NCBI RefSeq assembly: GCF_963921235.1
Contig: NC_086097.1
Coordinates: forward strand, 194,620,001 to 194,684,000
DNA from: Mobula hypostoma
Lineage: Eukaryota
Length of the DNA stretch: 64,000 bases
Reading direction: 5' to 3'
Shown piece by piece: positions 13,388 to 25,271 of this stretch; within the stretch, counting starts at the first letter, position 1, and each line of letters opens with the position of its first letter. A program made the translations under genes and the position numbers. Below the pieces are notes generated by a model that was not told where the DNA came from, made no database searches, and worked only from the letters and a program-made list of their open reading frames with translations.

Positions 13388-13787
13388 ATTGGTGGACAGT
13401 GAGGAAGAATATTAAAGATTGCAGCAGGATCTTGATCAGCTGGAAAAATGGGCTGAAAAATGGCAGATGGAATTTAATGCAGACAAGTGTGCGGCATTGC
13501 CTTTTGGAGAACCAACCAGGTGAGCAGTAGGGTACTGAGGGGTGCAGTAGAACAAAGGAATCTGGGAATACAGGTCTGTAATTCATTGGACAGGGCATTA
13601 CAAGTAGACAGGATCATAAAGAAAACTTCTGGCACATTGGCCTTCATAAATCCAAGTACTGAGAACAGGAGTTAGGGTATTATGACAAAATTGTATAAGA
13701 CATTGGTGAGGCCTAATTTGGAGTACTGTGTGCAGTTTTGGTCACCTACCCACAGGAAAGATGCAAATTAGATTGAAAGAGTACAGA

Positions 13788-14086
13788 TCATCATTTAGGA
13801 GGTATAGAAGCCTGAAGGCACACACTCAACAATTCAGGGACAGCGGTCTGCCATCCAATTCCTAAGTGGACATTGAACCCTTGGACACTACCTCACTTCT
13901 TAAAAAATATATAGTATTTCTGTTGTTTGCATAATTTTTAATCTATTCGATATACATATACTGAATAAGATTTATTTATTTATTTATTTTTTCTGTGTTA
14001 TGTATTGTATTGAACTGCTGCTACTAAGTTAATAAATTTCACATCACATGCCGGTGAGAAGAAACCTGATTCTGATTCTGATTCTG
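13788..14086 (+). mobile_element. Rex1-type 3' end with (ATTCTG)n tail nested in CR1
   Basis: Same family as the minus-strand copy at 61358-61590. CR1 resumes at 14087. Confidence 0.7.
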
Positions 14087-14685
14087 AGAAAATTTACAAG
14101 GATGTTGCCAGGCCTGGAGGAACTGAACTATAAGGGAAGATTGAATAGGTTAGGATTTTATTTCTTAGAACATAGAAGACTGAGGGGCAATTTAATGTAA
14201 AGTAATGAGGTGTATAGGTAGGGTAAATGCAAACAGGCTTTTTCCGGTTAACAACATTATAATCCAGATCATTGATATAGATGATAAACAACAGACCCAG
14301 CACTAATCCCTGGGTGAGACTTCAACTAGAGGTCACAGCTTAAGGGTGAAAGGTGAAATGTTTAAGAGGAACACAAGGGTATCACTCAGAAGGTGGTGAG
14401 GGTGTGGAATGAGCCGTCAGTGCAAGTGGTGGATGCGATTTTGATTTCACCATTTAAGAGATTTTGGATAGGTACATCGATGGGAGGGGTATGGAGGGTT
14501 ATGGGCAGGTGCAGTTTAAATGGCTTGGCATGTACTATTTGGGTCGAAGGGCTTGTTTCTGTGCTGAGTCTTTGAACATGGACCAGTCTATTGACTCAAA
14601 ACAGTCAAGTGGAAATGCATCCGTTTCATTACACCAACACTTAGTGTATTGGATCTTCGCACTGCAGTTTCTATTCATATACGGG

Positions 14686-15616
14686 TGTCACGAACCCCGT
14701 GACGGGAACTAAGAACCAGCAGAGATGGAAAACACTTTGGAGTCCGGTACTGCTATAACCTAATAATATTTATTAGTAACTATGCAATACAGTAATATAA
14801 ATGTAGATAAATCAAACAGGTTAGCAATGATTACATAAAAGTAAGTGTGGAATATATATGTATGAAAAACCAAGCTTCTTTAAGTGTAGGGGTAAAAAGG
14901 TACGGTCTTATGATGATGAGTAAAGTTCAGTTCAGTTCAGTTCGTGGTAGTGAGTTGAGTAGTGATGGAGAGAGAGAGAGAGAGAGAGATTTAAGTCTTC
15001 AGGTGAGCGGACACTGTCGATCTTTTCGTCATCCTCTGAAATCCTTTAAAAGTCACCGACTGTGACTTTAACAAAGAGGACCGGTTTTCTGTGGTGGAGC
15101 TATCCCCCAGGCGAGGGTGGACACATGGACAACTCCCCACCAGTCAACCCTTTTCCTTCTTTCTACTGCAAGAGCGATTGGATCGATCCTCCAAAACCCA
15201 CTTTTTCTGAGGGCACAACAATGCTCATTCAGTGTCCAGATCATATGACTGAGGTCTGTATCATCTGATCTCCTATTTATCTCACTGTACTGAGCATCAA
15301 CTGTCATTCAAATAATCCCTCCTTCCTTTGTCTGTGAAGAAATGCAAGCAGGCAACCTGTCCTTGAAGAAGTAATATCAACAACCTGCCTTCGGTCACCA
15401 TAGCAACTTTCGAGCTGCTCGGTGCTGTCTCCAACTCCAAACTCAGTAGAAATCCAAAGTTACTTCTAGTGCCTTAAAGTGACAGTCCAACCTTTAATCT
15501 TCGTCTCTCTCTCTCTCTCTCTCTCTCTTTTCAAAATTAACATATCGGTGGTAAATAACTCTCTCTCTCTCTTTTCAAAAGCACAGTTAATAGGGGTACT
15601 TCAGGGACCCCTCACA
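14686..15616 (-). repeat. 3' LTR of the Gmr1-like element (931 bp)
   Basis: TGTGAG...GTGACA on the minus strand. Homologous to 32738-33656; internal (GA)n and (GAACT)n runs. Confidence 0.9.
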
Positions 15617-18012
15617 CTCCCCTTCCTCAGAGAAAAAAAATTGTCGAAGATGATTTTTTTTCTAAATGTAAATTACAGAGTTTGAAACAATACAGGTAAA
15701 AAAGTCATCAGATGACAGAGCAAAAATGTTTACAGTTTCCAACTTAGCATCTGGATAAGCAATCAGCTATAATATTGTCAGTACCTTTCACATGTTTGAT
15801 TGTCAGATCAAATTCTTGCACTATTAGACTCCAATTTAACAACCTTCTATTCTTATCCTTCATTTTAGTTAAAAACACCAACGGATTATGATCCGTGTAA
15901 ATCACAAGGGGTCTTTGAGCAGGACAAGTATAAACCTCAAAATGTTGTAAGGCCAGAATAAGTGCTGACAACTCCTTTTCAACAGTTGAATAATTTTTCT
16001 GGTGCACATTAAATTTCTTTGAGAAATAAGCTACTGGGTGTTCAATATCATCCACACCCTTCTGTAACAGTACTGCCCCAGCAGCTTCGTCACTAGCGTC
16101 TGTTGCTATCGAGATGGTTTTGAAAAATCAGGTGCTTTGAGCACAGGATGGTTTTCAGGTGTTCAGATGCCTCCCGGCAAAGGTCATTCCTTACAAATCT
16201 TTCACTCTTCCCTAGGAATTTTGTTAGGGGAAGAGCGACGTCAGCAAAGTTCTTACAAAACTTACGATAATACTCAAGCATTCCTAAAAAGCTTCTTAAA
16301 GTTTTCTTGCCAGTCAGAACAGAAACTTCAGCAATAGCTTGACCCTTGGCCTGTACAGGGGCCAGTTGGCCTTGACCCACCACATAACCCAGATATGTAA
16401 CTGTGGCATGGCCAAACTCACTTTTAGCAAGGTTCACAGTAAGATTGGTCTTAGAAAGTCTGTCAAACAGTTTTCTATCACTCCAGTATGCTGTTCCCAC
16501 GTGTCATTCCAGACCACTAAGTCATCAACATAAGCCCCTGTGTTTTCTAAACCTCTAATCACAGAATTGATCATTCTTTGAAATGTCCCTGGTGTATTTT
16601 TCATCCCGAAGGGCAAAACATTGTCTTCACACAGCCCTGAAGGTGTGACAAATGCTGAGATTTCTCTGGCCCTGTCAGTCAATGGAACACACCAATATCC
16701 TTTTAACAGATCAATCTTAGTGAGGTACTTAGCCTTTCCCACTTTATCAATACAATCATCCACCCTTGGGATAGGATAAGCATCTGTCTTAGTTATTGTA
16801 TTAATTTTCCTGTAGTCAGTACAGAATCTCATGCTACTGTCTAGCTTAGGGACAAGGACGCAGGGCGACGCCCAGTCAGAGGCAGATGGCCTAATGAAAA
16901 CCAGTTGCTAGCATGTAGCTAATCTCTTTTTCAATCTTTTTGTTTTTTTCAAAGTTCATTCTGTAAGGATGCTGTTTAATGGGCTGGACTGAATTTATAA
17001 TGACATCATGCACTGCCCCTGTGCACCGTCTTGGAATGTCAGAAAATAAAACTTTATGCTTCCTAATTAGTTCCTGCAATTGCTCTCTTTGTGCAGGCTC
17101 CAGATGACAAACCTTATCAGTAAGGTCCTTTAAAATAGTGGAATTCGTAAGTCTCATTGATACAATACTCAGTTTGGTGAAATGATTTTTCCCCTCATTA
17201 TCAAATTCCTCAGCCCCACTTGTTTACGTAATCATACTCACAGGTACCATCTCAGAATCATGATAAGGTTTCAACATATTAATGTGTTCCAACTGGGTTG
17301 CCTTCCTCCTGTCGGGAGTTTCAATAACATAATTCAAAGAATCAATTTTCTTAATTATGCGGTATGGTCCATGGAATTTTGCTTGGAGGGGGTTGGTCTC
17401 AAGAGGGAACAGCACCAGTACTTTATTTCCCACCTCAAACACTTGCTCCTTCGCTCTCTTATCAAACCAGTGTTTCATTTCAATTTGGACATTTTGCAGA
17501 TTCCTCTTGGCAAGGTCACAAGCCGTGTTAAGCCTTTCACGGAATTTTAAAACATAATCTAACACACTGACACACACTTTTGGGTTAGTTCATTGCTCCC
17601 TGAGCAGTGTCAAAGGTCCTTTGGGCCTATGGCTGAAAATGAGCTGGAACGGGCTGAACCCCATGGACTCTTGAATGGTATCTCTCACAGCAAAAAGTAA
17701 TAAGTGTATCCCCTCATCCCAGTCCTTGTCATTCTCATAGCAGTAGGTTTTAATCATGGTTTTTAAAGTGGAATGAAACCTCCCCAGAGCCCCTTGAGAC
17801 TCCGGGTGGTAGGCAGATGACACCATTTGTTGAGCTCCCAGCTCAGACACTATTTGCTGGAATATTTTTGAAGTGAAGTTACTACCCTGGTCAGACTGAA
17901 TTTCTTTAGGTAAACCTACCAGTGCGAAAAACTTGCTGAGTGCTTTTACCACAGTCTTGGCCTGGATGTTTCTGAGAGGCACAGCTTCAGGGAACCTGGA
18001 TGCAGCACACAT
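14686..18012 (-). mobile_element. Gmr1-like Gypsy LTR retrotransposon, 5'-truncated (IN-RT-RNaseH order)
   Basis: Minus-strand order: integrase (SRFPEA..SDQGSNF..YHPESQG; HGPY), then RT (RFCTDYRKIN..IDLLKGYW..YVDD), then RNase H (YFSKKF..TDHNPL..ADCLSR). PPT GAGGAAGGGGAG at 15617-15628, then the LTR. Frameshifted. Confidence 0.9.
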
Positions 18013-18577
18013 CCTTAGAACACCTGGAGAATAAAGATGCATACATAAGGCTCCTTTTTATTGACTGCAGCTCTGCCTTTAATACCATCTTTCCAAATAA
18101 ACTAATTCCTAAGCTCCGGAACCTGGGTCTTAGCACTCAGATCTGCAACTGGATCTTCAGCTTCCTCACAGACAGGACCCAGGCTGTAAAAATAGGGGAC
18201 AAGCTCTCCTCTACAATCACTCTGAGCACCAGTGCCCCACAAGGCTGTGTACTCAGCCCCCTGTTGTACTCACTGTACACCCATGATTGTGTAGCCAAGT
18301 TTCCATCAAACTCAATATATAAGTTTGCTGATGACACAACAATTGTAGGCCGTATCTCAGGTAATGGTGATTTTGAGTACAGAGAGGAAATTAAGAACCT
18401 GGTGGCATGGTGCAAAGACAATAGTCTATCCGTCAACATCAGCAAGACGAAGGAATTGGTTGTTGACTTCAGAAGGAGCAACGGACCGCACGACCCAACT
18501 TACATTGGTGGTGCGCAAGTGGAACAGGCCAAAAGTTTTAAGTTCCTCGGGGTCAATATCACAAATGACCTGACTTG
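18006..18577 (+). mobile_element. Rex1/Babar LINE RT fragment
   Basis: [60 protein letters not shown], with no stops. Confidence 0.9.
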
Positions 18578-19098
18578 GAAAAGCAGGATCTCCCAGTGGC
18601 CACACATTTTAATTCCACGTCCCATTCCCATTCTGATATGTCTATCCATGGCCTCCTCTACTGTAAAGATGAAGCCACACTCAGATTGGAGGAACAACAC
18701 CTTATATTCCGTCTGGGTAGCCTCCAACCTGATGGCATGAACATTGACTTCTCAAACTTCCGCTAATGCCCCACCTCCCCCTCGTACCCCAACTATTATA
18801 TATTTATATGCACACATTCTTTCTCCCTCTCTCCTTTTTCTCCCTCTGTCCCTCTGACTATACCCCTTGCCCATCCTCTGGGTTTTCACTCCCTCCCCCT
18901 TTTCCTTCTCCCTGGGCCTCCTGTCCCATGATCCTCTCATATCCCTTTTGCCTATCACCTGTCCAGCTCTTGGCTCCATCCCTCCCCCTCCTGTCTTCTC
19001 CTATCATTTTGGATCTCCCCCTCCCCCTCCAACTTTCAAATTTCTTACTAGCTCTTCTTTCAGTTAGTCCTGACGAAGCGTCTTGGCCGGAAACGTCG
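18578..19098 (+). mobile_element. Penelope-like 3' fragment (end of GIY-YIG domain plus partial pLTR)
   Basis: Highly similar to 63020-63537. Encodes [29 protein letters not shown]. Confidence 0.9.
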
Positions 19099-19928
19099 TT
19101 TGATTGCTAAGACCTGGGGAGAGAACCCATTCAGTCACATACAAATGGGGGAGGTGATTATTACACACTCCGGTTACAGTCAGGGTGATCCACAAAACAC
19201 ATGTAAATAACTCTACAACCCAAGCTAAAATGGAACAATAAATAAACTGGAACATGCCACAAACACATTTTAACACAAGGACAATAAATAGCACTGGCCA
19301 CTAGGAATGCTGGGGTAGGCTGAGCGCCATAGTAGTTTACTGAATAAGATTCACACTATTTGGTTGTTTGAATTTGCCTTGTCTTTCCTTTTCTCTCAAA
19401 CAAATTGTTGACAATTTGTCCCTTGATGCCACAATCTTGGCAAATAAATATTCTGTTGCAAACTGCCACTGCAATAATATCTCCTTATAGATACTTTTCT
19501 TTTCTAAAGGTGAAAAACTGGTCCTCATCTTGTCAGCATTTTGAGTTTTCAATAGGTGATGTTGCCTGTCCCCTTATTGTTTGACTGCTACTTCTGTTGC
19601 TAAGGCAGTATGAAATTCTTGCTTGAAATTTATTTTCTTCTCACTGAATACCTCCTTGGAGTTCATGCATGTAGAATTCCATGCACTTTGTGTTCTTGCA
19701 ACATCTACAAATGTGAATCATTGTCAATGTTCAAACATCCTTTCAAATTTGAGATGAAAGTAACAAAATTTCAAAGTATTACATTTGTTCTGTTGCACTA
19801 TAGGTCATTGGGTTGGGCCCACATACTGTTCAACTACTCCAGTTTCTGTCTTCTTAAGCCAAACTTCCTTTTTGTTATCTTGGATGATTTTGCCTCTATG
19901 GGTGTGAACAAAACTTCATACCCTATGC

Positions 19929-21869
19929 CAGGGGTCCTCAACCTTTCTTGCACTGCGGACCGGTTTAATATTGACAATATTGTTGCAGACCGGCCGACGG
20001 GGGTAGTGTGTTAATCACGACCGGAATATAGATGATAAGTCAACTATAAGTCACTTATCAGTGGCTAATACACTCAATTTTGTTTCTAAGGGTTTATCTA
20101 ACAAATTTAATATTAAACACACAGCACATATTTTCCTCGCATGAATATAGTGATAAGTCGATTATAAGCCATAAGGGGGTTCCTTATGTCCAGTCTATTC
20201 CGCAATTTAGTATTCATTGCCGAAAACTCCGCTTCGCAGAGATATGATGTTGGAAATGGAAGCAACGTTTTCAGTGCTTTTGTGGCTATCTCAGGACATT
20301 CAGCCTTGACTTTGATCCAGAATGCTGGCAGAGATGTTATGTCTAACATACTTTTCAGCCCACTGTCATTCGAGGAGTTGATCTTCTTCCTGCGCTGACA
20401 TGGATGATTCACCAGGGACATTCACAAATGGGTCATGGACCCATTCCTTTGCACGTTTTTGGTCATTTGCGGTTAGGAAGTCACGCTCGAATTCTGTCGA
20501 CAGTGAAGATAGGTGTGCGCGCACCAGCTGTGAGCCTCAGTCTCTCCCATATTCCCAGCTACTATTGGGAACATGTCAAATATGCCCCTGTCCACTTGCT
20601 GTCCCCACAGTTCTAGTTTGGCTGTGAAAGCACTTTATCTGCCAACTTGAAGACAGTTGTCTATCTTCCCTGAAGTGACAAATTGAGTTCATTGAGCAGG
20701 TTGAATATGTCACACAGATAAGCGAGTTTTGCTATCCACTCCTCATCACTGAAGTGTGCTGCCAGTGGTGACTTTTTTCCTGAAAGAAATCTCTGTGGCT
20801 GTTCTCTTAACTCAAAAACCCTGTCCAGGGCTCTCCCCCTTTGTAGCCACCTGCCTTCAGTGTGTAAGAGAAGGTGTTTGGGCTCTGCATCCATTTCCTC
20901 ACAAAGCTGCTCAAACAGACGTGAGTTAAGGGCTTTTGTTTTGATGTGATTGATAACTTCAAGAACTTCACTCAATACGCTGTTAAGATCAGGTGACATT
21001 TTTCGGCTAGCCAGCATTTCCCTGTGTGTGACATAGTGTGCAGACTGGCATTCAGGGGCAACCTTTTTGACTCAGGTAGTAAAACCAGACTCATTAAGCT
21101 GTTCTAACAGTTGTGCTTCTATGTCCTCTGCTATGTCATCAATTCTCCTTCAAACTGTAGTAGCTGAAAGAGAAACCTGTGCCATCTTGTTAGCTGCAGC
21201 TTCTCCCAACAATTCACGGCACATGTCCTTGGCAGCAGGCAGAATCAGTTCTTCACCAACAGTGAAAGGCTTCTTAGCCTTAGCAATATGGCTAGCCACT
21301 AAGTACGACGCTCTCAGAGCAGCAGCATTTGTGGAGATGGTGGCTCTCAGCACTTGCTTCTGTCCTGCTTGCTCTCATTTTTTCCGCTCAAAAAACTCAA
21401 CGGGTTTGTCTTTAAGTGCAGGGTGCTTGGTCTCAAGGTGCTGAAGCAGTTTTGAGGGCTTCATTGCCTCATTAGACAGCTTGTCTCCACATATCACACA
21501 CGGGGGCTCGGAGCGTGCGAGTCACCGGTCGCAATAAAGCCATAATTTATGTATTACTCATCGTATTTTCTGTTGAAGGAAGCTTTCTTTTTTTGCAGTC
21601 TCGGCCTCAGCTGTCTCTGCGTTATCATCATCGTTAGGCCTTTTATGTCCTCTACCATCTCTTCCAAAGAAACTCTCAAGCAACGTTTGTTTTTTACTCA
21701 TCGAGTAGTTGTAGGTTAATGACTGACTGATGTCCTCGCATGGGTAATGACCTCGCGTGCATTCAAGTTCAACAGTGGGCGTGACAGGGAGTGAGGAAAG
21801 GTGCAGTTGACTCCTATCGTTTCCTCACGGCCCGGTACCGGTCTGCAGCCCGGTGGTTAGGGACCACTG
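19929..21869 (-). mobile_element. hAT Charlie/Buster DNA transposon (Charlie3/MER1-like), internally deleted
   Basis: TIRs CAGGGGTCCTCAACC and GGTTAGGGACCACTG, with an 8-bp TSD CCCTATGC (19921-19928, 21870-21877). Transposase remnants from ATG 21701: ASYLVASHIAKAKKPFTVGEELILPA, HTEGRWL, LAYLCDIF, LLPFPTSYLCEAEFS. Confidence 0.95.
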
Positions 21870-22203
21870 CCCTATGCAATATTATTTCCATCTGGAACAG
21901 TGTTTGTAATAACAGAAGCACTTCATCACCATTGCTGTAATTGCTACCAGACAGTAGTCACTGAGGCAGGTCACCATGCTATTCTTGGGCACTAGTATAA
22001 TAGACTACTTTTTGAAACAAAGAAGAACCTCATACCATAGAAGTTAGAGGTTGACCATGTATGTAACTACTTTAGCCAGTTGGTCTATGCAGATCTTTAG
22101 TGTTATGTTACTTCTATCTAAACGTACCATGGGTTAACAGTAAAGAATCATATTCTGGAAGAATTAGAGAACTTCTATTTACAGTAATAAACAAACACAT
22201 CTT

Positions 22204-22269
22204 TGCGTTCACCAGCAACTTTGATGTATGTTGCTTGAATTTCCAGCATCTGCAGAATTCCTGTTGTTT
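22204..22269 (+). mobile_element. 66-bp Penelope pLTR 3' end inserted in the 3' LTR
   Basis: Matches 63572-63637. TSD ACATCTT at 22197-22203 and 22270-22276. Absent from the other LTR. Confidence 0.9.
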
Positions 22270-22566
22270 ACATCTTAACCCGACCACATTCTGGAACATT
22301 CTGGCAATCCCACGCATGCTCAGTGCTCTGTCCAATCATGTACTGGCACATCATTGCACGTGATATCACTACATCTTCCTTTCCTTAAAAAGAAAAACAA
22401 TTAACAACGTTAATCAAAGCAAATACGTTATTTAACCATGGAACAAATCTGCATCAGATAACTGAATCTCTGAAGTCGGCTTCTTCTTTTCTTTGTGATT
22501 TTTTTCTAACATTGCTCCTTCCTCTGTTTGGACCACATATGGTCTGGGTTGTACTTCAAGTACTGT

Positions 22567-22716
22567 AGCTTTCTTAACTCCTTCCACTTCCATTTGTAAT
22601 GAAATACTAATCTTCTTTTCTTCATCTAATTCATTCATTAACTGTGTAATCTCTTTTTTATGCTGAGACTTCAACATTTCAATAAAACTTATCAATTCCG
22701 TTACTTGTGCTTTCAC
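22567..22716 (-). pseudogene. SH3KBP1: Captured fragment resembling the CIN85/CD2AP-family C-terminal coiled coil
   Basis: [50 protein letters not shown] versus recalled human CIN85 [50 protein letters not shown]. About 30/50 identical by eye; paralog identity less certain. Confidence 0.75.
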
Positions 22717-22731
22717 TTTTTCCTTATACTG

Positions 22732-22902
22732 CTCCTGCTCTAGATGGTGATTAGACTGAATCTCATAATCTCTCAGTGTCTCTTTCATCATCGCTTGCGT
22801 TGAAGCAAACTCCTCCTCCCATTGCTTTTTCACATAATCAATTGCCTCCTGTTTGGTCGTCTCAGACACTGCAGCTACTGCTTTTATATTCTCCATGTCA
22901 GC
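22732..22902 (-). pseudogene. RABEP1: Captured fragment resembling the rabaptin-5 N-terminal coiled coil
   Basis: ADMENIKAVAAVSETTKQEAIDYVKKQWEEEFASTQAMMKETLRDYEIQSNHHLEQE versus recalled human RABEP1 AEMENIKAIATVSENTKQEAIDEVKRQWREEVASLQAVMKETVRDYEHQFHLRLEQE. About 41/57 identical by eye, ungapped. Confidence 0.9.
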
Positions 22903-23795
22903 ACTTTCACAAAGCGCATCTATATAAAATTCCTCATATTCATCTTCAATCACCGCACTTACTTGTTTCATTTTATTTTCCTTCTTTCTACTTCTACAGC
23001 AGCGTGAAAAATGATTAGTCTTACCGCAGTTGTAGCAAATTTTGCCATATGTGAAACACTGATTTGGGCGATGTTCCCGCGCACAGCGATCACATGACTT
23101 TTTTCTTTCAAATGTTGTCTTGCTCCCTGTCGGTTTTGTCGATGTATTATTATATTTCTTGATATATTCACACTTTTTTTACAGCGTTTACATTGCAGCT
23201 TTCAACAAAAAGCTCTTCAGCCTGCGACATTACAGTCTCAGAAGCTTTGCAGAGCGCAAAAGCTTTTTCAAAAGTTAATTCTTGCTCTCTCAGCAGCCTT
23301 TCTCTCAGTGCATTATTTCAAATGCCACAAACAAGTCTACCTTTAATGAGGGACTCCATGAGCAATCCAAACTTGCACGTTCTACTACGCTTTCTTAACT
23401 CCATAACATACTGATCAATTGATTCAGTGGCCCTCTGTGCACATGTGAAGAATTTATATCACTCATACGTTAAATGATGCCTAGGTATACAAAAAACTTC
23501 AACTCTGTCCATTATCGACTTTAAATTGAAATTATCTCCATCTTCAAAGACAAAATTATTATATACCTCTACTGCGTCATTCCCGATTACATGGAGCAGG
23601 ATTGCAGCTTTAGTTTTGTCCGCTGTTCTATCAGCTCCGATCACCGATAAATATATCTCAGACTATTGCTTGAATATCCTCCAATTCTCAGCTACGTTCC
23701 CAGTCAGCTGGAGTTTTGGTGGGGGCTGTAAACCTTCCATTTTACCATTTACAGTTTGAACTTTTTTCTTCTTTTTTTTTCAATTATCTTTGATT

Positions 23796-25271
23796 AACCA
23801 TATAACAATTACAGCACAGAAACAGGCCATCTCGGCCCTTCTAGTCCATGCCAAACTCTTACTCTCACCTAGTCCCACTGACTTGCACTCAGCCCATAAC
23901 CCTCCATTCCTTTCCTGTCCATATATCTATCCAATTTAACTTTAAACAACAACATCGAACCTGCCTCAACCACTTCTTCTGGAAGCTCGTTCCACACAGC
24001 TACCACTCTCTGAGCAAAGAAGTTCCCCCTCATGTTACCCCTAAACTTTTGCCTTTTAACTCTCAACTCATGTCCTCTTGTTTGAATCTCCCCTACTCTC
24101 AATGGATAAAGCCTATCCACGTCAACTCTATCTACCCCCTCATAATTTTAAATACCTCTATCAAGTCCCCCCTCAATCTTCTATGCTCCAAAGAATAAAG
24201 ACCCAACTTGTTCAACCTTTCTCTGTAACTTAGGAGATGAAAACCAGGTAACATTTTAGTAAAAATTTCCTCTGTACTCTCTCAATTTTATTGACATCTT
24301 TCTTATAATTCGGTGACCAGAACTGTACACAATACTCCAAATTTGGCCTCACCAATGCCTTATACAATTTCAACATTACATCCCAACTCCTATACTCAAT
24401 GCTCTGATTTATAAAGGCCAGCATACCAAAAGCTTTCTTTACCACCCTATCCACATGAGATTCCACCTTCAGGCAACTATGCACCATTATTCCTAGATCC
24501 CCCTATTCTACTGCATTCTTCAAGGCCCTACCATTTATCATGTATGTCCTATTTTGATTAGTCCTACCAAAATGTAGCACCTCACATTTATCAGGATTAA
24601 ACTCCATCTGCCATCTTTCAGCCCGCTCTTCTAAGTGGTCTAAATCTCTCTGCAAGCTTTGAAAACCTACTTCATTATCCACAACTCCTCCTATCTTAGT
24701 ATCATCTGCATACTTACTAATCCAATTTACAACTCCATCATCCAGATCATTAATATATATGACAAACAACATTGGACCCAGTACAGATCCCTGAAGCACA
24801 CCACTAGACACCTTCCTCCAATCTGGCACACAGTTATCCACTACTACTCTCTGGCATCTCCCATCCAGCCACTGCTGAATCCATTTTACTATTTTGATAT
24901 TGATGCCTTCCTAACTAACCTAACTAACCTTTCGTGTGGAACCTTGTCAAAGACCTTACCGAAGTCCATATGGACAACATCCACCACTTTACCCTCGTCA
25001 ACTTTCCTAGTAACCTCATCAAAAAATTCAATAAAATTTGTCAAACATGACCTTCCACGCACAAATCCATGTTGACTGTTCTTAATCAGACTCTGTCTAT
25101 CCAGATAATCATATATACCATCTCTAAGAATACTTTCCATCTACTTAGTCACCACTGATGTCAAACTCACAGGCTAATAATTGCTAGGTTTACTCTTAGA
25201 ACCTTTTTTAAACAATGGAACAACATGAGCAATACGCCAATCCTCCGGCACCATCCCCGTTTCTAATGACA
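23796..25271 (-). mobile_element. CR1 LINE (5'-truncated) inserted in the leader of the LTR element
   Basis: SQHGFVRGRSCLTN, SGVLQGSVLGP, KYADD and [13 protein letters not shown] motifs. TSD TTTGATT at 23789-23795 and 25272-25278. Confidence 0.92.

Larger units (their letters stand above)
12540..14575 (+). mobile_element. Decayed CR1 LINE with nested insertions
   Basis: [45 protein letters not shown] and VVRVWNE motifs. Confidence 0.85.
22432..23740 (-). pseudogene. Gag-RABEP1-like-CIN85-like-integrase-tail fusion reading frame (3 stops and 1 frameshift in the gag part)
   Basis: Starts MEGLQPPPKLQLTGNVAENW..AILLHVIG..RERLLRE. After a frameshift in an A7 run (~23174-23180) one open frame runs through CDRCAREHRPNQC, CYNCGKTNHFSRCC and the 179-aa ORF 22971-22432. 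Confidence 0.85.

Noticed and set aside
18000..18740. Novel RT fusion gene
   Set aside because: The Rex1 RT fragment reads into Penelope sequence out of its coding frame; a junction by-product.
19330..19920. Possible decayed piggyBac-like transposase end or host exon
   Set aside because: Only vague Cys-rich and helical resemblance; no TTAA/TIR or catalytic motif found.
22432..22971. Exon of the genuine host RABEP1 or SH3KBP1 gene
   Set aside because: It lies between paired LTRs, in frame with Gag zinc knuckles and chimaeric for two genes, and no other exons were found in the window.
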